64,000 nt of DNA from Carcharhinus longimanus (taxonomy: Eukaryota): the NCBI GenBank assembly GCA_030264375.1, contig JASCQW010000027.1, forward strand, positions 117,308,256 to 117,372,255. The letters are read 5' to 3'. The notes under the pieces are model-generated. The model did no database searches, was not told the origin of the DNA, and worked only from the letters and a program-made list of their open reading frames with translations. Each line of letters opens with the position of its first letter. Positions within the stretch are counted from its first letter, which is position 1. Below, piece by piece: positions 25,215 through 38,583 of this stretch. Both the position numbers and the translations under genes were made by a program.

Positions 25215-26636
25215 CAATGCAGAACTGAGGGTGTAGTACCTAAATGTGCGCCGTATACGGAACAAAGTAAATGAGCTTATTGTGCACTTCGAAATTGGCC
25301 GGTACGATGTTGTGGGCATCACAAGGGGTTCAGGGCTGGGATCTAAATATCTAAAGATATGTGTCCTATTGAAAGGACAGGCAGATTGGGGTTGTATTGT
25401 TAGTAAGGAATGAAGTTTAAGTGGTGGGGGCTGCCTCGCTAAATATTTTTAAGAAGCGGGTTGATGGGTTCTTGATAAGAGAGGGGATTAAGGGTTATGG
25501 GGAGANNNNNNNNNNNNNNNNNNNNNNNNNNNNNNNNNNNNNNNNNNNNNNNNNNNNNNNNNNNNNNNNNNNNNNNNNNNNNNNNNNNNNNNNNNNNNNN
25601 NNNNNGATTTTAGAGTGCATTATTAAAGATGAGATCGCGGAGTATTTGGCAATGCATAATAAGATAGGACTAAGTCAGCATGGCTTCGTCAAGGGAAGGT
25701 CAGGTCTGACAAAGTTGTTAGAGTTCTTTGAGGAGATAACAAGGACGTTAAAGGAGAACCAGTGGATGGGATTTATTTAGATTTCCAGAAGGGCTTTGAC
25801 AAGGTTTCACACAGGTGTCTATTAAATAAGTTAAGTGCCCATGATGTTACGGGTAAGATCCTGGCATGAATAGAGAATTGTTTGACTGGCAGAAAGCAGA
25901 GTGTGGGGATAAAGGGGTCTTTTTCAGGTTGGCAGCCAGTGACTAGTGATGTACCTCAGGGTTCAGTACTGCGACCACAACTTTACACAATATACATTAG
26001 CAATTTGGAAGAAGGAACTAAAGGCACTGTTACTAAGTTTGCAGATGATACAAAGATATGTAGAGGGACAGGTAGTATTGAGGAAGCAGGGGGTTGCAGA
26101 AGGACTTGCATAGATTAGGAGAGTGGACAAAGAAGTGGCAGATGGAATACAATGTGGAAAAATGTGAGGTTATGCACTTTGGAAAGAGGAATGGAGGCAT
26201 AGACTATTTTCTAAATGGGAAATGCTTAGGAAATCAGAAACAGAGACTTGGGAGTCCTTGTTCAAAATTCTCTTAGGGTTAACACGTAGGTTCAGTTAGC
26301 AGTTAGGAAGGCAAATGCAATGTTAGCACTCATGTCTAGAGGGCTCAAATACAACAGCAGGGATGTACTTTATACAGCCTCTGGTCAGACCCTATTTGGA
26401 GTATTGTGAGCAGTTTTGGCCCCCGTATTTAAGGAAGGACGTGATGACCTTGGAAAGGGCCCAGAGGTGGTTCAAAAGAATGATCCCTGGAATGAAGAAC
26501 TTGTCGTACGAGAAACAGTCGAGAACTCTGGGTCTGTACAGACTTGATGGGCCTAATTCTGCTCCTATCTCTCATGGACTTGATGGGCCAAATAGTCTCT
26601 TCTGCACTGTAGGAATTCTATGATTTTATTCTATGA
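25215..26636 (+). mobile_element. CR1 LINE ORF2 (RT) remnant
   Basis: QHGFVKGRS, DFQKGFDKV, VPQGSVL, KFADDTK and LVRPYLEYC motifs, ending in an (ATTCTATG)n tail. Confidence 0.92.
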
Positions 26637-29600
26637 TCTTATTATCCAAAATAATATATAAAACATTCACATTAAAATAATTTAAAAAGAAAAATAACCA
26701 ACAAGAGCAATTTGGAGTAGGAACGCTGGCTTCTTCACTCTTTCCTTCCTATTCCAGAGGAATATAGGTACCAATGTAGCACCCATACTAAATGCTCTCT
26801 CACAAAAGAGATTGGTCTGCATTGCTTAGTTATGCTCTAGTTGCATCATTAATACATATATATAGCTAAGCTGATTCAAAAACATTTACAATATTAAGAA
26901 CATATGGTGACACCAATGTTCAGACAAAGGATGTACAACAGGGATGCATTTGCACACACTGGAAGTAAACAGCCGAGTGGTTGAGGTGCAAGAAGGTGAT
27001 CTTGGTGGTGAGCAACTTGATGAGATAGGCTCAACTAAGTACAATTTAAGATGGTGAAAGAGAAGGAGAATGATGGAATCAGAAACACTGGTACATCCCT
27101 GCCAAACAGTCCAAAGATGTTAACTACTCTCAGTTTGGTAAATTTAGGTGGTCAGCCACCAAAAGTATCTAATAATAGGCAGAAAACTGCCTGCAATATC
27201 TTCTCTTCCTGCTCTCACACCATTATTTCTGGTGTTGAAAGATTCATTCTTGATCTCCTATTTCTCATCTATAGGGTGCCCCTGGGTGACAACAGTTTCA
27301 GTTTCCACATGTTCTCTCAATTCCCAGCCCTATCTCACCACCACCTCTCCAAATTGTCTCTAAGTTATCACACTGCCAATCAAACAACCAGTTTTAGATG
27401 AGCAGAAATTTCACCCAAGTGAACATTGGAAGACCAAAACCATTGTCTTTTAATCCAATGACAAACTCCATTTTCTAGTAACTGACTCCAGCCTTCTCCA
27501 GGCAAGTGTCTGGGGCATAACCAGCTTGCCACCACAGTATCATATTTGACTGAGATGAGCAGACCACCACATATCTGGGAAATCATTAAGATGCCTCATT
27601 TCCATCTGTCATTTCACTTCACTCACCTGCTGCAATTAACCTCACCAACACCCTTAATGCTTGCGACTCTACACAAGCTCCCAGCTAAGTAAAGCTTCTA
27701 TTTTTAAATATTTCATCCAAGTAAGTAACTGCATGGCCTCATTCCACCCATTCCTGTAACCTCTTCCAGCCCAGTGTTCAATATATCTCTGCTCCTCTAA
27801 TTCTGGCCTCCTGAGCATTCCTGATTTTAATTGCACTACCACGGGTGGCCACACCATCAACTGTCTGGGTCTCAGAATTCCCTCACTAAATTTCTCCAAC
27901 TCTTGGCCTCGTGTTCCCCCTTTAAGATCATCCTCAAAACCTATCTCCAGGACTACGCTTTCAGTTATTTGCCCCACCATCTCCTTATGTGGGTTGCTAC
28001 TGTCCATACCCTTTGAATGAGAGAGTGGTAAAATGTTGTTTCCAAAGACTGAAACATTTGCCAGTGTACACAATTTGCCCACAAACAATATACACATTGC
28101 CTTTAAAAGATAGAAAAGAAGAATTTTAATCACAGGGATGGAAGATTGCAAGGATCCTGGAAGGATTGGGAAAGCCTTTTGAGGCAGGTAGGACCAAGGG
28201 AATGACAAAAAAAAGGCTCTTGGTGGATTCAAACCAGAAGATAGGAAGTTAGCAGTTTAGAAGCTTGTTGAAAGGGATAGCTTTTCTTCCCAAAAACACA
28301 GGAAAGAGTGAGCAGAGGTGTTTGAATGGGACAGCATACAGATGTTAAGGGGAAAAAAGACCCATCAGAAATACATTTGCTAAAGGTACAGCTCTGAAGT
28401 ACTACAGTCGCTTGGGTGAGCGGACAGCAAGTGATCAGGGAAGTTTATGTCAGGGGGAATTTGGGTGAAACATAAAATGACTGCTGATTAGCAGCCACTT
28501 GGAACAGAGGCTGAGAAAGTAGTAGTGTACGGTCATTAAAGCTGGAAAGTTGTGGGGTGGTGAATGGTAAAATGACCTTGAAGGATTGAGGCAGAGATGC
28601 TAAAAACAAGTTAGTAAAGGAGTAAGGTGACAGGCCAAACAGGATCTGATGATCAGAGCCACACAACCAACATCAATTTTTAATAAGGCCCCAGAGTCTG
28701 ATGGATTGATCTAGATTGTGGATAAACCTTATTTCGAAACAAACACACATTTTCAGATGGTAATGCAAAATAGTAAGATCCAGGTTGTGGTCTATCAATT
28801 TTTGTCTGATTACTGGTTGCTATGAAAATGCTTAGGGCATTTTACTGTGACTAAGACTCTATGGTCATGGTCAAGAGGCCTTGTTAGCTGTGGCGCAAAT
28901 CCCATGATGGCCGCTAAATTGTGTAAGGGTCAGAAATGTGATTTGAGCTTGTAAGATCTCAGTTTGAGTTCTTCTTCATCCCCCTCCATTAACAATCAGG
29001 TTCCCGCCCAAATTTCCATGTATTTTAATAAATTTAAATGTACTTACTGGACTTGATGTCTTAGCGTCCACTGACAATGTATCCTCCGCCCTAGCAGTAT
29101 GATATCATGCCTGTGTGAAACACTACTGGTTTTCAAACGTGAAAACCAATTGTGATGACCATATCAGAGATGCCCGTAGGTCCTGGGGTTGAGGGACAAG
29201 GCTGAGCATGTGCCCCCTGAGGTTGCCAGGAGACAATGAAGGGGGTAGTATACAGGATGGTTACCCTCCTTCATTGATAGTTGGTTGGAGAATTCCCTTG
29301 TGAGAGAGGTGCAGGGAGACGCGGGGGAGGAGAAGAAAGAGGGGAGAACCAGATGTCTGGGGGTGTCCTTTGCTGGTGTCTTTAGGCCCCACCCCTCCAG
29401 CTGGCTGTGAGATTCTCCCAATCGCACTGTTAGATGAGAAAAGNNNNNNNNNNNNNNNNNNNNNNNNNNNNNNNNNNNNNNNNNNNNNNNNNNNNNNNNN
29501 NNNNNNNNNNNNNNNNNNNNNNNNNNNNNNNNNNNNNNNNNNNAACACACTGTGCAACTTTGGGAAAATTGCAGCCTCTATAAATGTAAATTGTTTTTCT

Positions 29601-30140
29601 TATTGACTGGTTAATTCACATGGCAGCAAATCTTAAGTTTCACCCTGAACATATTCTCCCCCACCACCCACGCCCCCTGCCATTTATAGACATTACATAG
29701 AATTTTGCAGCACAAAACAAGACATTCAGTCCAGCAGATTTATGCTAGTGTTTCTGCTTCTCATGATAAAAAAAATCAACTTATTCTCAGGAACAATACA
29801 AGTTTCATTAGTTGGGATTGCTGCATGACATTTCTAGGTCTCAGCAGTACTTCATCAATAATACTAAGCTGGTGCTGAACTTGCAAAGAACGTGTGCGCA
29901 ATTACACAACAACTAAACTATATAACTTATCAAGTACCAACTGAAGTAAATTTGGTAACTGAAGACAGGATAACTATAAGCCATCAATTGCACTCCCACC
30001 AGCTATTTGCTGTGGGATGGCAACATTAAGATAAACAAACCCTGCAGCTTCTTTTAATTCCATACTTTGTGAAACTTAATTAAATAACATTACACAATCA
30101 ATCATTCTCTTATCACATCCATTACAAGTATTTTTCTTAC

Positions 30141-30387
30141 TTGGTTTCCTGGAGAACCTCCAGCAGCTGCTTTTTGCTAATTGCATCTTCTGTTGCATTT
30201 CCAGTGTACAAGTCCACAATTGAACGTTCAAAATATAGAGCTACTTTGGACAAAGCTCTCAACTGAATTAAATACAAAAAATAAAGGTTTTTCAATCTCC
30301 TTGGACCTTCTCCTTTTGTTTCAGCTGGATGAAACCGAGATTGGAATTCTTCCACGTTTGGTCCCCATCTAGTTCTTCCCCATCCAT
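30141..30387 (-). CDS. ERO1B: ERO1B exon 12
   Basis: AG/GT bounded, 247 nt; [64 protein letters not shown]...QETK. ETKGEG and [12 protein letters not shown] are ERO1B-type, whereas ERO1A has LTEGEG and FERPDFQLFTGN. Confidence 0.97.
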
Positions 30388-31694
30388 CTGAAACAAGCGG
30401 TTAGATAATAGGTAAATTGACAGAGTCAGAATGATCTATTCTGTCAAAACATGAGAATTTGTTATATCTAGGTAAAAAGTGATTGTTACAGGTCAAGTAA
30501 TTCACAAGTTTGCAGTGCATGAATACAGTAGCCATCTGGTAAGGCACAGCACAGCACACCATATCCAATCCAGCAGCCTATGCTCAAGTAAAAGGCACAG
30601 TTTGCATCAATAATAGTTATTGCTCTTCTGTGGTGAAGCTTAACAGTTACCCAGTATTATGGTGGGAACTAGCGAACGTGTATTCATTTGCCAAAGTAAA
30701 TGATTAATGATTTGAAGTTATAAGGCATGGTGGCACAGTGGTTAGCACTGCTGCTTCACAGCACCAGGGTCCCTGGTTCGATTCCTGACTTGGGTCACCA
30801 TACGTGTGGAGTTGGCACATCCTCTCCGTGGGGTTCTTCCAGGGGCTCCTGTTTCTNNNNNNNNNNNNNNNNNNNNNNNNNNNNNNNNNNNNNNNNNNNN
30901 NNNNNNNNNNNNNNNNNNNNNNNNNNNNNNNNNNNNNNNNNNNNNNNNNNNNNNNNCTTCCAGGGGCTCCTGTTTCTTCCCGCAGTCTGAAAGATGTCCT
31001 AGTTAGGTGCATTGACCCGAACATTAACCGGAGTGTGGCGACTAGGGAAATCTCAGTGACTTCATTGGAGTGTTAATGCAAGCCTTACTTCTGATAAATA
31101 AATAAACTTTGCTTTTTTAATTGCTAAATTCACATGCAAAAAGTATGAGGACAACTTTTTAACTTGAGCTGTTGGACAGGTATCTGGTGAATCAGTGAAT
31201 TTCAAGGGAAGTGAAACCATGCAGATACTACCACAGTGGGCTGACTCTACCAGATTGCTGACCATGTAGTCAGTGAAAAGGATTCCCTATTAGAGCTTTT
31301 TGAATATCCTTTTCTGTTCTTATAGCATACCAATGACATTTTAAAAAATCCTTGCTGCATGCTGTTCCTCCAAAAACAAAGTGAAGGATCAATTCACGGA
31401 GAAGTTTGTGGCTGCATTTGCCATCTTATTGGTCTTGTGTGTGAAAAAAACAAATTTGTCCTGATTTTTCTCTTTAAAATCTTTACAAGATCATTGGGAA
31501 TCAACAATATAGCATGATTTTGCCTGTTTGTGGAATAGTGTGCCCAAATGAAACAGGGACAATAAGTAAATCTTCTACAGAACTAATTTATTTACATTTG
31601 ATAGTCAATAAATAAAAGTTGGTCCTGTGGAAGATTTGTTTGGTAAACTTTCAGCTGACTAGAGAAAGTTGGTAGCCTACTTATCCCATTAGCT

Positions 31695-32190
31695 GAGTTA
31701 GGAACAGAGTCAGCCATTCAGCACCTAAAGCCTGCTCCAACATTCAGTTAGATCATGGCTGATCTTCTACTTAATGCTTTTTTCCTTTGGTATCTTTAAT
31801 GTCCAGAAATCTATCAAGCCATACCTTAAATTATTCAATGGCTGAGCCGCCACAGCTTACTGGAATAAAGAATTCCAAAGATACCTTCTAAAGAAATTCC
31901 TCCTTATCTCGGTACTAAGTGACCTCCTTCTCATTCTGAGACTGTCTGTCCTTTGGTTCCAGACCCACCCCAGCCATGGGAAGCATCCTTTCTTCATCAA
32001 CCCTGTCAAGCCCCAAGAGAATTTTGTACATTTCAATGCCCATTCTTCTACATTTTAGAGAACATAGGGTCCACGTCCTCGATCTCTCTCCCCATAGGAA
32101 AATCCTGCCAGCCCAAGAACCAACCTGTGAGCCTTCACTGCANNNNNNNNNNATACATCAGGAGTGGTCTCTCCAAGGCTTTATATAGTT
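31695..32190 (-). mobile_element. CR1 LINE 3' fragment
   Basis: Reverse complement of the CR1 3' UTR (gatcatggctgatc) and the ORF2 end. Confidence 0.7.
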
Positions 32191-33752
32191 GTTGCTTTCA
32201 GTTTGAGTGTGGTGGATTTTGATAGTAGGGTCCTGAACCTAGAATGAAACTACGATAGTTATGAGGCACAAGTTGGCCATGATGAATTGGGCAATGTTAC
32301 TTAAAGGGATGACAGTGGACAGGCAATAGCAAGCATTCAAAGAGCACATCGGTGATCTGCAACAATTATTCAGTCTTGCCTTGGAGCAAAAATAGAATGG
32401 GAAAGATGGCCAACCAATAGCTTGCAAGGGAAATTAAAAGGTAATATTAAATACAAGGGAGAGGTATACAAATTGGCAAGAAACAGGATTGGGAGCTGTT
32501 TAGAGCTCAAAAGGAGGACAAAGGGATTGATTAAGAAGGGGGCTCTCTTTGCACTCTAGCCTTACCTGATGGCACGTTTTAAAGCTTGTATGCAGTTTCC
32601 TCCTGTCACGTTATTGCTATGTTTCACTCTTGCTTCAGATTTTTGACACTTATAGCAGACATGTTTGCCCTCGAACACACAGATGTCCCATTCCGCAGTT
32701 GCAACACATCACCTCCCAATCATCTATTTGTTTTATGTAACTAATGAACTATTTTAATTTGAAATTAATGCCTCTTCTCAGCAGCACTTACTGTACCAAC
32801 TGAAATCCAACAAAACCTCCCACTTAAATTAAATAATAGATTTACTACATTCTGACTTCCCTTCTGCAAGTATTTGTACTCAATTATGGTTTTAAGCCAC
32901 TTAAGGGTTATTGAAAAAAGTTTTTCTAAATNNNNNNNNNNCTTACTATATATAACTCCCAATAATACAAGTTTTACTTTGGAACAAAAAAAGCCCACAC
33001 ATCAGTTTTAATTCTTATTTTAGATAGGCTGGTGAATGTTTTCTACCTACTTGCTTCTGTGATATCACACCTCCATTGTTTCTTTGGTTGATTGGCTACT
33101 GTTACGTTTAAACCCTGCTACTGCTCTGTGACTCCTGCTCCATCTCCAAGCTTTTAACCCCCCGCTGCTGTTCTTGCTGATTCACACACTTGTGTCCTCT
33201 CACTCAATAACTATATACCTCTTGTATGGGTTGCTAAGTCAGCGTAGATCAAACAAGCGCCATGGTTCATTCCTCTTTCCCTAATCCTTGGTGCTGAGGT
33301 CTGTGTCTATTCCACCATACCAGCTGAAATCAACTGAGAAGGATTTTAAACAAAGTCCTTATTGATTGATATGGCTCTGCTGTGCTACACACTGAATATC
33401 ATGACTGAGTTAGTCATACCCTCACATATCCAAAGCAATGTAATTATCTAAATATCATAATTTTACATTTTTTCCCCTCTGCATTTCTCATCATTCCCAA
33501 TTTGAAGTTACATGGGCAAACCGCTTCCAAGCTGTTTTTCTTGAAATAATTAGGAGGAACTGCAGATTTCAATTTTTCTTGTGTTAGTATATGAAAATGC
33601 TAGTACCCACGCCCTACCCAAGGTAAAATTTGACAAAACGTACATCCTAATACTCCAGCTCAGTGAAGCATACTGCACATTCACCATTAAATAGCTCTCT
33701 GCTCTGAATGAAATATTTCAAACTTTTAAATGAGGAAATTATTCATACATAC

Positions 33753-33845
33753 CATCAAGGAGATACTTTGCACTGAGATGTAGATTGATACTAGCATGGA
33801 GCCCTGAAATAAGCCTGTAAAATACTCTCTTTTCAAGGCATAGAC
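33753..33845 (-). CDS. ERO1B: ERO1B exon 11
   Basis: AG/GT bounded, 93 nt; [31 protein letters not shown], including the FAD-contacting SGLHAS motif. Confidence 0.97.
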
Positions 33846-35169
33846 CTATAGATACAAAAAATTGCATCATAAATATAAGCAGAGTGCAGTTAATTTATTT
33901 CACAACATAAAAATACAGTATTTTGTTCACAGAATATACAAATCTACCTTCACATACATACACATCTTCCAAAGATGTGGGCTGGGCTGATTGGCCATGC
34001 TAAATTACAGTGTCAGGGGGACTAGCAGGGTAATTACGTGGGGATATGGGGGAAGGGATGGGTGGGATAGTGGTCGGTGCAGATTCGTTGGGCCGAATGG
34101 CCTCCTTCTGCACTGTAGGGATTCTATGGATTAAACTGCAAGACTTCTGAAACTATTTCTTCAGAAACTAGAAAGTTTAACAAAATTCAAGTTGCATTTC
34201 AGAATTGTGTATCATAAGTCAGCCTTTTAATTAACTCCAGTATTTTCAATTTTGTTTTTAGAAAAATAAAGAAAACGCTTCTCCACATAACCCATTTAAG
34301 ATTCCTTAACCCACTTATTCCCTATTAAGATGTACCACAGAACAGTTTACCTTAGAAAGCTTGCACTGTAATTTTTAAAGCCTTTTGTCCTGTTTGAATC
34401 ATAAATTAGGTGCCTGGGCTCTTCAATGGAGGTGTGAGTGTCTTAACTGGTGAGACGATGTCTCACTCTTGCAGGTTACCAAAAGCTGATGTTGAAGCAT
34501 TATGTTTATGGTTAGTTTGATTAATAGAAAAACTTTACAAGAGGGATTCTGTTTTGCATGATAAATACGAATAATACTTAAGAAGGATTGTTGATTGTGA
34601 TGTACACATATGGTCAAATATTACAATGATGGCAAGCTTTTCAATGTTTCATAGGGTTTTGAGTTGAGTTTTAAAAGCTTTGCATCACTTCAGGGTATTG
34701 GTTTCAAGACAGTGACTGTTTAAAGACTTTTCATAAAATAGGAGGATCTTGTACAAATTATAAAGCCCTTACAAGGATTCCTTCCAGTCTTGCTACAACT
34801 AATCAATTGTAAGTGTCCTAGGAATACAGACTAGTGGCACTGTGCTGCATGAAATTTATTTTGAACTGAATCTAACAACAACGCCTCTGAATTTGTAATA
34901 ATTAACAGAATGTACTTTGTTTTTGCTGTCACCTGTTCCATTGCATTAAGAAATCATGATTAAAGATATGGTTGCTGTCACACTTGAGCACCTAACTGAA
35001 CCATGGACGTTCAGTGCTAGATATGGGCGAATTAGGAAACCACTCAAAAATGTTGGCTGCATTTCTTTATTTACATTTCCACCTGGCTGGTCAAACAGTT
35101 CAATAAGGCTATTCCAGATAGCTTTAACTTAATGGATTTTTCAAGCATTTCATACACTGAGCAGCGACA

Positions 35170-35253
35170 GATCAGCCATGATCTTATTGAATGGCGGGGC
35201 AGGCTCGAAGGGCTAGATGGCCTACTCCTGCTCCTATTTCTTATGTTCTTATG
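35170..35253 (+). mobile_element. 5'-truncated young CR1 tail next to the ERO1B exon 10 donor
   Basis: Essentially identical to 9229-9298. Confidence 0.85.
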
Positions 35254-35267
35254 TATTCAGTTATTAC

Positions 35268-35294
35268 CTTCCAACCACTTGTAGAAAGATTCAC
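35268..35294 (-). CDS. ERO1B: ERO1B exon 10 (27 nt)
   Basis: cacag| acceptor and |gtaata donor; GESFYKWLE. Confidence 0.92.
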
Positions 35295-36191
35295 CTGTGG
35301 ATATAAAAATAAATTGCTATTTATGGCAAATGATATGAAACATGCTACCATACTCAACATAAGCGAAGTATAACAGAATTGTTCCATTAATTTTTGTTCT
35401 CCTGTCCTTAAGGCACAACTCAAACTGGAGTTTACATCACTTGCATCAGCAGATCCTTGGAAGCTTACCAAAAGATCAGTGAGTGTAAACCAAGCCAGAA
35501 AGAGCTGGCATATTATCAGATGCTGTGGGACATCACAGCCAAGTTTAAAGCTGTTCTCACTGAATGTACACGTGTATCTTCCAGCAAAAGGCCACTGAAT
35601 ACCAACCAATAGCAGGAGCCCTAATTTTCCACTCCCAAATCAGAGACACTTGAGATCAGTAAAAATATCACCATTGCCACCCAAACTGAGATTAACTAAC
35701 TTAGTACTAATCAACGATTGAACCAGCAATTTTTTGGTCTGTACAGCTATTTTATAACACCAATTAGACTAGTGAAGCATTCACCTTGTAAAACAAATTT
35801 ATACTATTCCTTTGAAAGGATGAAAAGTAAGCACATTTGTTTCATCAATATTGCAGTGGTGTACACCAGAGTCATTATATACAAATGAAGATAACCAGCT
35901 TGAATAAATTCCTTGTTCTAGTGCAGAATTTGTTTTTACTTCAGTTAAAGGCAACTTTGTTCAAAAGGTATGAATTTTAAGTGGCGAGAGGAGAAGTTAC
36001 ATTTGAGTTAACAAATGGCTTCATTTCAGTGTATTGTGAAAATTGAATTCTGTATAATTTTTGATTAAAACTAATTTAGGTAAAATCATTTAACTTCTTT
36101 CTTTTAAAAAAAAGTGGTTTCCATTACAAACCAAATTGCAGAAACTGCATCAATAAGTTCACATATTTGTTTCCATTTCATTTGTTCTTAC

Positions 36192-36203
36192 CATCGTCAT
36201 TTC
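36192..36203 (-). CDS. ERO1B: ERO1B exon 9 (12-nt microexon)
   Basis: Long polypyrimidine tract, then tcttcag|GAAATGACGATG|gtaaga; encodes GNDD, equivalent to human GEDD. Confidence 0.88.
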
Positions 36204-36980
36204 CTGAAGAGAAAAAAAATAAAGAATAAAATTCAGATAATTAAGACCATTTTTAACATTTACAAAAAGTAAAATCAACATATAAAAATAAAAACATTAG
36301 CTTGTGTATACGTATGGCATTAGACTGGCTTAGTTGGTACTTGGTTACTTGTGATTAGAAGGCTGTGGGCTTCAGATCTGCTCTGTGACTTCAGGCTACA
36401 ATCTAGGTTGGCATGCAAGTGCATCACTGATTGTGCAATACAATGTTACAGGAATTATTAAACAAAAGCCCGACTAGCAGCCCCAAGTGATTTCAGGGAC
36501 AATAAAAGTCCCATGCTACTATATGGAGAACACTGAGTTCACCCAGTACTGTGACCAACATTTTTCCCTCAAGATCACCGAAAATAGATTGGCTGATCAT
36601 TCATCTTGTTGCCATTTATGGGATTTTGCTACATGCAAAATAACTTACAATTAAGCAACCAGCGTGCTTCCAACTAAGCCAGAGTATGTGAAATACTTCG
36701 AGACAATTGAGATACTTTATGTTGATACAATTTTATTATTTTCTTCTGCTTACTGATACAAACCAGTTAAGGATCAGTAACTTGATGAAATTTAAAATCC
36801 TAGGTATTTACCAAGAGAATAAAACCGTAAAATACCATGCTTTTAAACAAACAGAAGAGTCAAAGCCAGCAATTAATACTATCTGTGATACTCCAACATC
36901 TAAAATTAACACGAGGTAACATGAATTAATGCAAACTGCGGTCAAACAAACTGCACATTAAATGGCAGACACAGTCAAGA

Positions 36981-37181
36981 TGTAGAGATGCCGACGTTGG
37001 ACTCGGGTAAACACAGTAAGAAGTCTCACAACACCAGGTTAGAGTCCAACCAGTTTTTGATAGTAATCTTACAAGCTTTCGGAAACGGTGTGGAGTCCTT
37101 CCACACACCTGACGAAGGAACACCGTTTCCGAAAGCTTGTATCAAATAAACTGGTTGGACTCTAACCTGGTGTTGTGAGAC
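36981..37181. mobile_element. Penelope-derived inverted-repeat mini-element with a hammerhead core
   Basis: Perfect inverted repeats of 34 bp (37023-37056/37148-37181) and 22 bp (37070-37091/37120-37141); flanking direct repeat cagtcaaga at 36972-36980 and 37183-37191. Confidence 0.85.
37106..37141 (+). ncRNA. Minimal type-I hammerhead ribozyme motif
   Basis: cac-CUGACGA-a-ggaa/caccgu/uucc-GAAA-GC-UU-gua. Confidence 0.6.
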
Positions 37182-38536
37182 GCAGTCAAGACAGATTTCA
37201 CGAATTTTCTCAGTGACCCACCAAGATGTCAGTATTCACAATCACATCCTTTATCTGTCTTCCTCATGAGGTAATACACCTCTCCAGGTTAGCTTGGAAG
37301 GCCTCTTGATGCTTTTTCCTGCAATCGTTGTCAGGCATTAAGAGTTCATGCCAAATTGCCCCAATGACTTCTCCCCTCCCAGTTGTTCAATCATTTCATT
37401 TAAGGCTATGTTCGACTGATTGGCCAGACAGCATGCCAGCATCTAACTATCTGCACAATTCCAGCTATCTAGCTGTACTGAGCAGATATCCACTGCTCAC
37501 CACTTCTTTGCCCCAACTGCCAGCTTTACAGAGTGGGTAGCCTTACTTCAGTTTCACAGAGCTATCTGCTGCTCCCAGGCTTCTGACCCCCAACTCCCTA
37601 AGGAGTTTGNNNNNNNNNNCACATCAAGTCTGCGTGGGCCACAAACCCACCTAGACCCTATCCCCATAATCCCATTTACCCTACTCTATCCCTGACACTA
37701 ATGAGCAATTTAGCATGATCAATCCACCTAACCTGCACATCTTTGGACTGTGGGAGAAAACTGGAGCACCCAGAGGAAACCCACACAGGCATGGGAGAAT
37801 ATACAAACTCTATACAGACAGTAACCCATGCCGGGAATCAAGCTCAGGTCCTTGGCGCTGAGGCAGTTGTGCTAACCACTGTGCCACCATGCCACCAGCT
37901 TCTTTTAATCTCAGCTGCATGGAGCTATGATTTGTAGCACTTCAACTTAGCCTCTACCCAAAGAGAGGCACAGGAGCAAACTGGAAAAAGATTTCCTTGC
38001 ACTGCATTATTTGAATACATAGTTAACTCTTTTTTTACATGTCCCCAGATGAGTGAATGACAAGATCATAGGCAGATCAAACTTCTGTTAGTGCCAACTT
38101 TGAGCTGAATTTTAGGAAGCATTTTAAAATGCCTGTGGTAATGACAACATTTATAAACCAGCTTTAAATATTCTAAAGTTCCACAATCGTCAGAGTTTAC
38201 CATTTTAACTCTGGAAGTATATATTGCCTTTTCTCAATGATTCCACTGCCAGTATATAGAAAATATTGAGAATTATTGGAGAATTACAAGCGAACTGTTT
38301 GTAGTTTTCCATTTATCAAAGTCAAATAGGCAGACAATTGCGTGTGTTTGTCACTGAATTTCTAACAAGTCTGGCTAAAAAAGGACCATCAACAACTTCC
38401 TGGGACAATTAGTGATGAGCAATAAATATATCCTTGTCAAGAAATATTTAAAAACAAATGTTTGCTCTGTTGAAACAAATACTTGTAATTTCTGCATGCT
38501 CACCAGCGTTAAAACAGAATTTGTACATAAACTCAC

Positions 38537-38583
38537 CTCTGCTGGGTGCTAGTGGATTCAGAGGACGATATACAGAACGAGGC
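38537..38583 (-). CDS. ERO1B: ERO1B exon 8
   Basis: AG/GT bounded, 47 nt; (K)PRSVYRPLNPLAPSR. Confidence 0.95.

Noticed and set aside
27669-28232. 187-aa minus-strand ORF
   Set aside because: It runs across decayed L2-like fragments and has no recognisable domain or splice context.
30836-30977. Apparent tandem duplication cttccaggggctcctgtttct on both sides of a gap (similarly aaacaaag at about 40638-40753)
   Set aside because: These are unmerged contig overlaps flanking 100-N placeholders, an assembly artefact.
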